Shown here piece after piece: positions 18,991 through 29,026 of a stretch of 64,000 nucleotides of DNA (position 1 is the first letter of the stretch; each line of letters opens with the position of its first letter). Origin of the DNA: Spirochaetota bacterium (GTDB taxonomy: Bacteria > Spirochaetota > UBA4802 > JAFGDQ01); the NCBI GenBank assembly GCA_016932015.1, contig JAFGDQ010000047.1, forward strand, positions 29,527-93,526, given 5' to 3'. The notes beneath the pieces were generated by a model, which searched no databases, was not told the origin of the DNA, and saw only the letters and a program-made list of their open reading frames with translations. The position numbers and the translations under genes were made by a program.

Positions 18991-21303
18991 TTAATTGTAA
19001 AGAAGATTATACATAAGAATAAATCTCTGAATACGGAGCACATAATGCCGTGTTTCCTGAAAAGGGATTAATTCAATAAAAAAATCCTCGTCATACAGAT
19101 TTTCCTTCTCCCATTTTTTTACATTTCCGGGACCGGCATTATATCCTGCTATTATATTTACCTGATTACTGTTCAGAAATTTATTAAGCCAGGAGAAATA
19201 TTTAATTCCGAATAAAACGGATATTTCCGGATTTTTAAGATAAGAAGTATTTTTTAAAGCAGCTTTGGTCAGATTAAATTTTCCAAGATCCACGCCTTTT
19301 GCAATATCAGCCGCTGTTGCCGGCATAAGCTGCATCAGGCCGGTCGCTCCCACTGGTGAAACTGCCGAAGGATTAAATGATGATTCCGCTTTAATTACAG
19401 AGTATATAACCTCTTTCTGGATTCCGTATTCAGTACAGTATTTTTCCACATATTCGCTGAACGCGAGAGGGTATAATTTTTTTATAACAGGAACAGGTAA
19501 AAATGCGATATTTTCTCTGATATTTTTTTTATTAAAAAGATTCAATAATGATACTGATGCATAGTAATAATTATTGTACTTTGCCCCGAAATGAGCAAGG
19601 GCTTTGTATTTATCAATCTGATATTTTTCGTTGTCCGGTATAAGAGCCAGTTCCCTGTTTACTCCGTCTGAATATCCGATCGCGAAATATTTTTCAATTC
19701 CTTTAAGCGTCTGCCCGAAGTCTCCGGAAAAATCAGGTTCATTAAGTACTGTGTCAATTTCCAGATATTCAGCAATATTTTTAACAAAGGTTAATGATTT
19801 TATTCTTTCGTTGCGCGTGTTAAAATTTTTCTCTTTTAACAGCAATAATGCATGACTGAAAATAGCGTCTTCCTGATTACGGGATTTTACAGCGGCATTA
19901 AAATTTGCCGACAAGTCGGTTAATTTGTATTTTTCATGTATTCCATGAAGGGCTTTCCAGGTATATGACGAGTCCGGATTTAACTGCGTCATTTGTTTTA
20001 GGATATCTTCAGCTTGATTATTTTTTTCCAGTTCAGAGTATAATCTGGCAAGCCAGTATCTTTTTTTAGCTGAATATATGCCGTCAGGAAAAATTTTTAG
20101 GGATTTTTCAAGAAAGTCAATTGCGGATCCATAATCTTTCTCTTTAAGGCTGTCTTTTGCCAGTGCCCACAGGAATAGATGGGAAGCGTAATCTTCAGGA
20201 TATTTATTTATATACTTGACAATGATATCTTTGTAGTTTTTTTCATTGCTCAGTAAATAAGATGCGATCCTTTGATGCGAGTTTTTCTGCAGTTCTCCGC
20301 CTGCCTGTGAATAGATTTTTTCATAAATTTTAAAAGCAGCACTCTTTCTGTTTATTGACAATAGAGTGTCTGCCTTAATCTTCAGCAAATTGAAATAGAT
20401 CGATTTATCATTTTTATATTGATATAAAATTCTGTCTGTGTTTCTGAGCTGCCCGGTGCTGATATATGCGTTAAGCAGGTAATACAGAACTTTTATTCTT
20501 GTTTCATCTGAACACGTGCTGTATAAATCTTCAAAAATATTCAGAGATTCTTTTTTTGAATTATGAAATAATGATACTGCAAGAATCAGTTTTTCATTGT
20601 CATTAAATTTTAAATCCAGGTTATTTGAAATATCCATAATACGCCTGCATGCTATTCCGGACTGCCAGCTTTGATTATCAATTTTAAGTATTTCAAAGTA
20701 CGCGTTTACCGCTTTTTCATTTAAGTTTAACTGCTCATATACTGAAGCAATTCTTATCAAAATTAGGGATTTTGAGTTAGGGTCATTGTATTTATTCAGG
20801 ATGTCATTCAGCAGCGATAATGCTGAATCATTCTTCCCGGTTTTCATTAAAGCGTTTGCTTTTAATATGATCGCGTCTCTATACAGGGCTGTTCCGGATT
20901 CGTCTATCAAATCGATAAATTTTAATACATATTCAAATTCCCTGTAATCGAAAAACAGCGAAGCAATTTCATACATGCAGTCATCATAGAGTTCTGATTT
21001 GATATGAAATCCGTTTACATATTTATAGACAGGCAAAGGGTATAATTTCAGACTGTTGTCTCCTGAATATTTAAAACAGCTGTTTGCAAAGTGGTGGATC
21101 GCGTTTTTTTTATTGCCTGTGTTTTTGTGTGATATTGCGAGCAGAAAATGTTCTTTGTAACCGGCTTTCTTACTGTTTATTTTTTTTATGATCGCATCGG
21201 GCTGTAAATAGAACCCTGTATTTGACAAATCACTGCTGTCCAGTGCAGAGGCATGGCAGGAAAGAAACAGGAATATAAAAGTTACTGAAAATAATTTATT
21301 CAT
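18991..21303 (-). CDS. soluble lytic murein transglycosylase (TPR-like superhelical N-domain + SLT/GH23 domain)
   Basis: C-terminal AESSFNPSAVSPVGATGLMQLMPATA GH23 motif. Start set at MNKLFSVTFIFLFLSCHASA (ATG 21303), because the longer ORF overlaps the upstream gene. Confidence 0.8.
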   Translation of the reverse strand: MNKLFSVTFIFLFLSCHASALDSSDLSNTGFYLQPDAIIKKINSKKAGYKEHFLLAISHKNTGNKKNAIHHFANSCFKYSGDNSLKLYPLPVYKYVNGFHIKSELYDDCMYEIASLFFDYREFEYVLKFIDLIDESGTALYRDAIILKANALMKTGKNDSALSLLNDILNKYNDPNSKSLILIRIASVYEQLNLNEKAVNAYFEILKIDNQSWQSGIACRRIMDISNNLDLKFNDNEKLILAVSLFHNSKKESLNIFEDLYSTCSDETRIKVLYYLLNAYISTGQLRNTDRILYQYKNDKSIYFNLLKIKADTLLSINRKSAAFKIYEKIYSQAGGELQKNSHQRIASYLLSNEKNYKDIIVKYINKYPEDYASHLFLWALAKDSLKEKDYGSAIDFLEKSLKIFPDGIYSAKKRYWLARLYSELEKNNQAEDILKQMTQLNPDSSYTWKALHGIHEKYKLTDLSANFNAAVKSRNQEDAIFSHALLLLKEKNFNTRNERIKSLTFVKNIAEYLEIDTVLNEPDFSGDFGQTLKGIEKYFAIGYSDGVNRELALIPDNEKYQIDKYKALAHFGAKYNNYYYASVSLLNLFNKKNIRENIAFLPVPVIKKLYPLAFSEYVEKYCTEYGIQKEVIYSVIKAESSFNPSAVSPVGATGLMQLMPATAADIAKGVDLGKFNLTKAALKNTSYLKNPEISVLFGIKYFSWLNKFLNSNQVNIIAGYNAGPGNVKKWEKENLYDEDFFIELIPFQETRHYVLRIQRFILMYNLLYN

Positions 21304-21310
21304 TTGTATT

Positions 21311-22120
21311 TTAATAGTCGGATTCTTCCAGGTAGCGTCTGTAATCTTCATGCTGTTGTATTTCAGGGTTGTCCCAGATCCTTTCATAAAGCGATTTGCT
21401 CTCCGGAGTAAGATAAAAGTTATCAAGATGGATTTGTGAATAATGGTCCTTTTTTTCAGCAGGTGAGAATTCTGTTATTTTATTTTTAATCCATACAAAA
21501 TCTGAATATTTTGCGTCCATTTTCTGTTCATGTGTAAGGTTCGATTCTATCATTGCCAGCAGCGCGTATCTTTTTCCGTGCTTCGCATTTTTGATTGCGT
21601 TTACGTATTCATACAGCCGCATTGAATAAAGTGTCTTTTTGTAATTATCTGCCATTTTCATTAATATTGCGGCAAGTCTCTGGTCTCTGTATCCCAGCCT
21701 TAAATATTCAACTGATTTCGGATTATTTTTAAGTATAACTCTCGGCGCTATTTCATTGAGAAGGGATTTTGTCATAGCAATGTCGCGGCTTAAGGCAATG
21801 CTGTAAAGATTTACAAGCTGTTCCTGTGTTTTTCTGACTTCTTTGTATGATTCCTTAAACATGAATCTTAAAAACAGAAGCTGGGAAAGAATATCCCGCT
21901 GAGATGCTTCTTTATAGAGTTTTTTTTCTTCAGGACTTCCGAAATTTGTTACTGAGGAATCAAGAAAATACAGAAAGTATTTATTGTCTTTCAATCCTTT
22001 CTCTGCTTTTCTCAGTTCCCCGCCTTTTGTGCTGGATTTCGTTCTCTGAGCCTGAACCATTTCAGGTGAAAAAAGAAACAGGATCAGGATAAGTGTAAAT
22101 ATTTTAATATTTTTTTTCAT
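21311..22120 (-). CDS. exported protein of unknown function, paralogue of 30092-31273
   Basis: Signal peptide MKKNIKIFTLILILFLFSPEMVQA. Shares ITNF, LGYR, KRYxxLAxxES and HLDN(F/Y) blocks in the same order with the 393-aa protein. Confidence 0.5.
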   Translation of the reverse strand: MKKNIKIFTLILILFLFSPEMVQAQRTKSSTKGGELRKAEKGLKDNKYFLYFLDSSVTNFGSPEEKKLYKEASQRDILSQLLFLRFMFKESYKEVRKTQEQLVNLYSIALSRDIAMTKSLLNEIAPRVILKNNPKSVEYLRLGYRDQRLAAILMKMADNYKKTLYSMRLYEYVNAIKNAKHGKRYALLAMIESNLTHEQKMDAKYSDFVWIKNKITEFSPAEKKDHYSQIHLDNFYLTPESKSLYERIWDNPEIQQHEDYRRYLEESDY

Positions 22121-22172
22121 TCTTTATTATTAATCAGCAATTCAGGAAGTTAAATATTAAGAGAAATACTCT

Positions 22173-24569
22173 TTAGAGAAAAACTCTGAAAACACGTGTA
22201 ACCTTATTCTGCAGCAGTTTTGTGTAAAACGGCAGTTTGGCTCCAAAACCTATTGTGATTATTGAAAACAGCATTGCGGCCAGAGATATTACAACAGCTG
22301 CGAAATTATCTGATAATCTTTCAAAAATATCTGTAAGAAAAACAATAACAGGTGATTCCTTGATCAGATTAATTGTAAAGCGTTTTGTAACAGTGTCTGT
22401 CCAGACCGGCTTTTTCCGTGTATCGGATTTCACAAGAGCTTTCACACTGAGAAAATATTCACCGTTTTCAAGATCTGAAAGATTTATGCCCGGCTCATTT
22501 ATATTAACAGTATTTGCCGGTTCTTTCTGCTTTTTTCCAATGTAATACGAATATCCCGCGATTTTTTTAGAATCAATCTTTCCGGTATTGATTTCCGCGG
22601 TAAAAGAATCCTTGTTAAAAGGCTTTGTTGTATCAAAGGGAATATCAAGTTCAATTGCGTATATTTCAGTTTCCGGCGTAATTGTTTGCTTTGGAGGTTT
22701 CTGTCTCTTTATTCCTTTCGCGATTCTGCTGTAGTATTCCGGGTCTAGCTTTTCTGCTTTTCCAACTATTAGCTGGTATGTCGCAACCTGGCTTGCTGTA
22801 TTGGTTTTGTCCAATGATACCAGAGTAAAGAAATACCTGCCCTCGTTCAGATTTTTAAATTCTATTCTCGAATTTTTTGTGAATTTTTCAGGATAAACGA
22901 CTTTGTCTTTTGACAGGCTGTACAGAAAGCCTTTTATTCTTGCACTTTCCTCTATTGACCAGTTCAGGTCGGCTGTAAGCATGTCTGACGGCTTACCGTC
23001 CGTATGTGTGCTTGAACTGATCACAGGCATTGAAGGCGGGTATTTGCTTACCTGCAATCTGTACTTAACTGTCCGGCTGTAATTGCCTGCACCGTCAATT
23101 GCTCTTATGTAGAAATATGATATTCCGTCTTCAAGCTCCGGTGTTATAAACTGCCTGATATTGCCTTCAATGTTCGGAACTGTAGGGTCAATGTCAATTT
23201 CCGAGTAATCATCGGGTTTTTTCAAAAAAGTCGCATACCCGGCAATACCGGATTCATCCTCAGGAGGGCTCCACCTGATTACAGCCCTTGATGATTTTAC
23301 CCACTTATCCTCAGGATGTGTGGAGGAGTAAATTATCGGCGGTTTGGCATAAACATCAGTTCCTTTTGCTACAATTCTGCCAGCCTCCTCCCAGATTACG
23401 ATCGCCTTCTTTCCCAGAGAAACAGCATAAGGAGTTCTGGCATCTTTCCTGATTCTCGAAAGCCTTGCTTCTCCTGAAAATTTATCAGACCCCGGTGCAA
23501 GTTTTCTTGAATAAATTCCGGGTATTGTCTGGCGCGAGTCGTACCAGATAACAAAGAGATTATTATCATTTGTCTTTACGGCAACCGGAGAGTAACAGTC
23601 TGCATTTGTTTCGGAAACAGTAACAGGATTATCCCATCTGTTCCCGTTGTCTGTTCCCCGCATAAGTTTTACAGTCCAGTTTTTTGTTTCATCATTCTGG
23701 TATACAAGATAAATCACGTCTTTATAAGAAGTAATAAAAGGAGAACTGTCCCTTGAAGTATTTCTGGTAAGAAGTGTTTTTGAAGTCCATGTTCTTCCAT
23801 AGTTTCCGGATTTTATAAAATACAAATCATCAGTCAGCGCCTCTTTGACTTTTTCCTTTCCCTGCCATACAAGATAAATATTTTCCCCTGACGCGTGCAG
23901 GGCCGGGAAAAAGGCGCCTCTCAGGCCTTCGGATATTGTTACCAGAGCTTTAGGCTCTCCAAAATTATTTTCCTCACTGGTAACCTGGAAAAGATTAAAG
24001 CTTCCTTCATTGTATGCGTTATAAAAAATGTGAAGTCTGTCTTTTCCGTCATATAATGCCCGGGGTATTAACTCCATTCCGGTAGGAGATTTCAGCTTTT
24101 CAGGTTTTGTCCACTCAGCTCCCATATTTGTTGATATTGAGAAATAAACATGGATGTTCGGATCTTCCTCTGTAATGACCTGCCATACCACAGCTATATG
24201 CCCCTTATTGGATATGCTTATATCTGGATTTTTGTCTGTTTTTGAAGGAATAGAAGCAATGGAAACAGGTTTCAGGAAAGTTTTGCCTTCATCAAAAGAA
24301 ATTGAAAGATAAATATTACCTGAATCAGCTTCGTATACAACCGCAATAATATTGCCTTTGTAATCTCCGCGGAAGTTTTTTATTTTGATACCAGGCGGTG
24401 TAACAATATAGCTTTTATCCCATCCTGCGGGAGCGCTTGATATCTTATCATTCCGGAATAATAAAACAAAAATAAGGGATATAAGAGATAATGTAAATAC
24501 AATACCCGCTAATTGTTTATAAAATGGTACTGATAGAATTTCTGACAATTTCATTTTATATTTGCTCAT
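22173..24569 (-). CDS. BNR/Asp-box beta-propeller protein with three beta-sandwich repeats and C-terminal TM anchor
   Basis: N-terminal TM/signal. Four Asp-box-like motifs (SFDEGKTF, STNMGAEW, SGNYGRTW, GTDNGNRW). Three ~95-aa repeats (SSTHPEDKW...SGIAGY...DGISYFYIRAIDGAGNYS). C-terminal TM helix. Start at ATG 24569 or 24554. Confidence 0.6.
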   Translation of the reverse strand: MSKYKMKLSEILSVPFYKQLAGIVFTLSLISLIFVLLFRNDKISSAPAGWDKSYIVTPPGIKIKNFRGDYKGNIIAVVYEADSGNIYLSISFDEGKTFLKPVSIASIPSKTDKNPDISISNKGHIAVVWQVITEEDPNIHVYFSISTNMGAEWTKPEKLKSPTGMELIPRALYDGKDRLHIFYNAYNEGSFNLFQVTSEENNFGEPKALVTISEGLRGAFFPALHASGENIYLVWQGKEKVKEALTDDLYFIKSGNYGRTWTSKTLLTRNTSRDSSPFITSYKDVIYLVYQNDETKNWTVKLMRGTDNGNRWDNPVTVSETNADCYSPVAVKTNDNNLFVIWYDSRQTIPGIYSRKLAPGSDKFSGEARLSRIRKDARTPYAVSLGKKAIVIWEEAGRIVAKGTDVYAKPPIIYSSTHPEDKWVKSSRAVIRWSPPEDESGIAGYATFLKKPDDYSEIDIDPTVPNIEGNIRQFITPELEDGISYFYIRAIDGAGNYSRTVKYRLQVSKYPPSMPVISSSTHTDGKPSDMLTADLNWSIEESARIKGFLYSLSKDKVVYPEKFTKNSRIEFKNLNEGRYFFTLVSLDKTNTASQVATYQLIVGKAEKLDPEYYSRIAKGIKRQKPPKQTITPETEIYAIELDIPFDTTKPFNKDSFTAEINTGKIDSKKIAGYSYYIGKKQKEPANTVNINEPGINLSDLENGEYFLSVKALVKSDTRKKPVWTDTVTKRFTINLIKESPVIVFLTDIFERLSDNFAAVVISLAAMLFSIITIGFGAKLPFYTKLLQNKVTRVFRVFL

Positions 24570-24904
24570 TCTATAATAATTTATATAATTACAGGGACTT
24601 ATCAAGAAAAAAATAAAAGAATCCGGCAAATCCGGAATTTATCCGCACTCATATTCAAATTCGGTTTTTTGAAGTTTAAAAATAATAAATCATAAAAATT
24701 TAATTGCTTTTTTTTCATTCCCTTTCATTATAAACGACCCGGTTATTTCCAGGTGAGTTCCCAAAACCTGAATAAGCCGTTTTGCCGGTTTCAGGAAGCT
24801 TGGATCAATTTTTCAGTATTTATTGAGATGTTAAATTACAGTTACTGTACGGGCTTAAACTTAATCTGATAAATAACGAATTCATGGGTCCGGGGAAATA
24901 ATTA

Positions 24905-27265
24905 ATGGAACTTAATGAAATAATTAAAACAGACAAAGACAGGCTCTTTGCCCTTGATAATGAGTGTTTCATTATCTTTACTGCGGATGATCTGACAGAT
25001 GAAAAACCGTTTATAAGAATAGGAAACTGGATAGACCTTCCACCTGAAAGCATTCCTCTTATTGAAAATATTATTGTTACTGATTCAATTACCGGTAATC
25101 CGTCCCATGAACAGTTCAATATTGATCCGAAATTTCTTTCCACGAACAGGTATATTGGAAGCAGGAAAACAGTTCAGAATTATCTTGATTTTCAGAAAAA
25201 TTTTGATCTTGATCTGAATAATGTATCAATAGTTGATGTGGAAAAAGACCTGCCTTCTTTTTCAAAGGAAAAATCAATTTCCAGTAAAGACGCGTTCCTG
25301 GGTGTTTTCTATTATAACGGTAATTTTAAAGTTGAGTTCAATGACAAGAAGCTTTTTGACCTTAAGGAATTTGAAGGTATTTCCGCGAGTGCGGTGAAAA
25401 TTCTTGAAAACGCATCCATAAAAAACAAGGAATCGGTTCAATATGCCGGTTCAGGGATTGCAATATTGAATAATTCGCCGATTTTCTACAAAAACCGTTT
25501 CTTTACGATGCATCAGTATCCGGCAGAACTTCCTGATTTTGATTCTCTTAATATAGATCCCGGCAAACTCAGAGAAATACTGGTACCTGAACTGTCGCTG
25601 GTGAATATTACTGATTTTTTTAAATGGAAGAATGGAAAAGGCGGACTGATTAAGCTTTACTCCGACTCAAAAGAAAAAGCCGATAGTCTTCAAAAGCTGT
25701 TCCCCAATCTTATAATTAAAACTGATATTTACAAAGAGTGCAGGCTTGACACAGGTGACGGGCTTACTGTTGAAAACTATAAAGACAGCACTAATATAAG
25801 AATTACATACAGAAATGTAAGCCCCTCCTCGCAAAGGCTTGCTCTGTCGTATCTTAACGAATATTCCGGACTTCAGCAGATCCTGAAAGAAAAACTGGAC
25901 TGTTTTATTGTCCCCTATACTATTTTTGAGAAAGCCAATCTGTTTTTTAAATCGACCACTGTTCCTGTTCTATGTATTGATGACGGGAATAAAAATATTT
26001 CCAGACTGAAGATACCTGATTCTGTAATTTTAAGACAGAATATACAGTATGAATTCAAAAAATCTGATGATCTTGAGAGTCTGCTGCGGGATTCCTATAA
26101 TTTTATATCTGATCTGCAGATTGTTGAATTCTTAAAGAATATTGACCTTGGCGGAATCAGGAATTTTTTAAATGAAGGTAAGTCGGGTACAGCTGAAGAT
26201 ACAGGGCTTAACAGGACTATTGATATTCTGAACACCTTTTCAATTCTGAAAATATACCTTAAAACAACAAGCGACAGAAAATTATCATCTGAAATCGGAA
26301 GGACTCTTCAAAAAAAGATAACATTAACTGATGAGATAGCACTTAAAAGGATGAAGAAAGGTGATTTTAAAATAACTTTATTCTTTTTTAACAAAATGGT
26401 TTTTGAATTCTTTGAACCTGCCAGGAAACCTGATTTAAATTTATCAGAAGCAGACAAGGAAAGCGAGTTTCAGCAGAGAATTGAAACAGACAGGGAAAGA
26501 TTCAGGAAATTGCTGTCCCTGTATAAGAATACCATCGCGAAATCAAAAAAGGAATTTACTCAGCTCAGCAATGAGATCAGTAAAAGAAAAGAAAATTTTA
26601 ATACTGATCTTCCTTCTGTTGATCATAAAAAGATTAAGCGTAATATCTTAAGCATTAAACTTAAGAAAATAAGAAAAGTATTATTCATCATTTTAATACT
26701 GGCAGTAATTGCCGCGCTTTCTTTTACAGGTTATAAAGCGGCATACAGATACTTTCAGGAATATACCGAAAGACAGAGAACAGAGAAGGAGCGTCTTGCA
26801 AGGATTGAAGAGGAACGAAGGCTTGCAGAAGAAGAGGAAAAGCGTCTTGAAGCAGAAAAGATTCGCGCAGAAAAACTGAAGAATGAGAAAAAAGAACTTA
26901 TAGCGAGATACAATATACATGTTTCCGACAGGGATATTTATGTTTACGCCAATAAAGTTGCCCTTAAAAACGGTTACAGGGAAATTACTTTTAAAGCTCT
27001 GAAAGAAAAAAACCCGAACTGGATTTTTCCGGAAAATGTATTTTACCTTATGGACGGCGAAAAGATTGTTGTCAAATGGGGAGATACGTTATGGGATATA
27101 TCACATAGAAAACTAATGGAAATAAATATTGAATTCTATAAATTAATAGATAAAATAAAAGCGGCGAATTCGGATAGTGAAAAAGCGGTGATGCTTGAAA
27201 AAGCAAAGGACATTGCTTTTTCAAGAAAGCATGTTGCGGTAATTAATTCATTCATAAAAAAATAA
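24905..27265 (+). CDS. large hypothetical protein: ~600-aa unknown domain, TM helix, charged coiled coil, C-terminal LysM-like motif
   Basis: TM VLFIILILAVIAALSFTGY; ERQRTEKERLARIEEERRLAEEEEKRLEAEKIRAEKLK; VVKWGDTLWDISHRKL resembles the LysM core. Confidence 0.5.
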   Translation: MELNEIIKTDKDRLFALDNECFIIFTADDLTDEKPFIRIGNWIDLPPESIPLIENIIVTDSITGNPSHEQFNIDPKFLSTNRYIGSRKTVQNYLDFQKNFDLDLNNVSIVDVEKDLPSFSKEKSISSKDAFLGVFYYNGNFKVEFNDKKLFDLKEFEGISASAVKILENASIKNKESVQYAGSGIAILNNSPIFYKNRFFTMHQYPAELPDFDSLNIDPGKLREILVPELSLVNITDFFKWKNGKGGLIKLYSDSKEKADSLQKLFPNLIIKTDIYKECRLDTGDGLTVENYKDSTNIRITYRNVSPSSQRLALSYLNEYSGLQQILKEKLDCFIVPYTIFEKANLFFKSTTVPVLCIDDGNKNISRLKIPDSVILRQNIQYEFKKSDDLESLLRDSYNFISDLQIVEFLKNIDLGGIRNFLNEGKSGTAEDTGLNRTIDILNTFSILKIYLKTTSDRKLSSEIGRTLQKKITLTDEIALKRMKKGDFKITLFFFNKMVFEFFEPARKPDLNLSEADKESEFQQRIETDRERFRKLLSLYKNTIAKSKKEFTQLSNEISKRKENFNTDLPSVDHKKIKRNILSIKLKKIRKVLFIILILAVIAALSFTGYKAAYRYFQEYTERQRTEKERLARIEEERRLAEEEEKRLEAEKIRAEKLKNEKKELIARYNIHVSDRDIYVYANKVALKNGYREITFKALKEKNPNWIFPENVFYLMDGEKIVVKWGDTLWDISHRKLMEINIEFYKLIDKIKAANSDSEKAVMLEKAKDIAFSRKHVAVINSFIKK

Positions 27266-27419
27266 GAAGATAATTTTTTAAAAATATTTGATCTGTTTTT
27301 GGATCCGGGTATTACTGAAGTTAATCCCGAATATTCCAAAAAAATCCGTTCTTCCGCGTACAGATAACGGGAAAAGGATTGAACAATAAAGACATTTTTA
27401 GCCGGATTAACGGATTGGG

Positions 27420-28019
27420 TTGCAGAATAAATTGGATCCTAAAGATAAAATCAATTATTACATTGAGCCTGTTGAGGTTGAGATATATCTGAAAAAAGCA
27501 GGTATTGTCCGGACAATTATAAAGGATATGTATGTTGACCTGATAGATGTTGAGCCGATCAATGAAGGAAGCAGGGAAATTTTTGATCATTTTAAAGAAA
27601 AAGATGAGCCTGTAGATCTTGTCGAAATAATGAATTTTTTTCCGCAGTACATGCCTGCTATTTTTGAGTCTTATTATCACAGAATGCAGCTTTATGAGAA
27701 ACTTAGCATGCATTTTAAGGAAATGCTTGCAGGAAGCGAGGACTCAATGAGGCTTGCCATTTATTTTACGGAACTTCTTCTCAAATACGAACCTACACTG
27801 GCGTCCGCCAATGTTCTCGGGGACTTTCAGACGCATAATATTAATTATCTGGTAAGAAAGTTAAATGAGGCGGGCCAGAAATTTTTGCTTGAAGACAAAA
27901 CTGTTGCTTACCTTATAAAGAGACGCAATCAGGCTTTTGAAGGCAGGCCCAGGGACAGGGAGTTTGACAAGCTTGTAGAGTTATGGGAATACAATGTCAA
28001 AAAGGGCAAGACAATTTAG
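27420..28019 (+). CDS. hypothetical protein
   Basis: 199-aa ORF with a TTG start as given in the track. No recognisable motif. Confidence 0.35.
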   Translation: MQNKLDPKDKINYYIEPVEVEIYLKKAGIVRTIIKDMYVDLIDVEPINEGSREIFDHFKEKDEPVDLVEIMNFFPQYMPAIFESYYHRMQLYEKLSMHFKEMLAGSEDSMRLAIYFTELLLKYEPTLASANVLGDFQTHNINYLVRKLNEAGQKFLLEDKTVAYLIKRRNQAFEGRPRDREFDKLVELWEYNVKKGKTI

Positions 28020-28894
28020 ACATCGTAAGTATGGCGTTCCATTGCGCCGAAAATTTCAAGATTGTAGCCTTTTTCCTTCATTCTTTTCCGGTAATGGTCC
28101 ACAATGAAATCCAGCTGTTTGTCTGTTCTCTGCGGGTCATGATGAAAGAAAAACAGCTTTTTTATGCCGGCATTGATTGCCAGGTTAACAGAGTCATGAG
28201 TAGTGCTGTGCCCCCATCCTTTATGACTTTCATATTCCGACGGAATGTACTGTGAGTCTGTTACCAGAGTGTCTGCCCCTTTTACGAAATTCAGCAGCCG
28301 GTTGTTCATATCATTCGCGATATTGTCAACTTCACTGTCATTGTCGTTATAAACATTATAAAACGGCTCATTGTCTCCAAGGTATATAAATACCGTATCT
28401 TTATAATAGATTTTATACCCGAGACATGTCACAGGATGGTTCAGCATAGTTGTTTCAATTTTAAAATTTCCTATTTCAAATGTTTCTTCCTTTAATTCGC
28501 GAAAGCTTATTTTTGCATTAAGCTCCTCAGTCCTTACCGGAAAATAGGAATAGGTCATCTGGCCGCGGATTATTTCCTCCAGTGTTTTCTCAAATGTTCC
28601 CGGACCGTATATTATGATATTATTACCAGGTATAAACACCGGTGTAAAAAAGGGAAAGCCGCTGATATGGTCCCAGTGAGGGTGGGAAATAAAAAGATGA
28701 ATGTCGTGGCCTTTTGAAAGATCCATTTCTTCGCTTAATGCTCTTATGCCTGTTCCGGCATCAAATACAATCCAGTCGCCATCATCGGATTTAATGTCAA
28801 GGCATGCGGTATTTCCGCCGTATTTCATTGTTGAGGGGCCCGGGACCGGAATTGATCCGCGCGTACCGTAAAATGTTAGTTTTAAACCTGCCAT
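28016..28894 (-). CDS. MBL-fold metallo-hydrolase
   Basis: HxHxDH motif (SHPHWDHISG) and later GWGHST. Confidence 0.75.
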   Translation of the reverse strand: MAGLKLTFYGTRGSIPVPGPSTMKYGGNTACLDIKSDDGDWIVFDAGTGIRALSEEMDLSKGHDIHLFISHPHWDHISGFPFFTPVFIPGNNIIIYGPGTFEKTLEEIIRGQMTYSYFPVRTEELNAKISFRELKEETFEIGNFKIETTMLNHPVTCLGYKIYYKDTVFIYLGDNEPFYNVYNDNDSEVDNIANDMNNRLLNFVKGADTLVTDSQYIPSEYESHKGWGHSTTHDSVNLAINAGIKKLFFFHHDPQRTDKQLDFIVDHYRKRMKEKGYNLEIFGAMERHTYDV

Positions 28895-29026
28895 AAATGA
28901 TATTTTTATTTATAGATTTTTTTAAGGTTTTCTGAGTTAAAAATATTAACCAAGTTGACTGAGTTTTTAATTAATTTTCAGATAACTTGTGTTTATTATA
29001 TATGTTTTCAGTTCAAAAGAAAAGAG

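Noticed and set aside
21304-21426. N-terminal 41-codon extension of the Slt ORF
   Set aside because: It overlaps the 3' end of the upstream gene. A good signal peptide begins at the internal ATG at 21303.
21538-21547. GGTTCGATTC, a tRNA T-loop-like string
   Set aside because: The flanking bases cannot form a T-stem or acceptor stem, and it lies inside a coding region.
27321-27713. 130-aa minus-strand ORF
   Set aside because: It overlaps the plus-strand 27420-28019 ORF and the intergenic spacer, with an AT-rich, codon-poor composition. Neither ORF is strongly supported, and the plus-strand one fits the local gene packing better.
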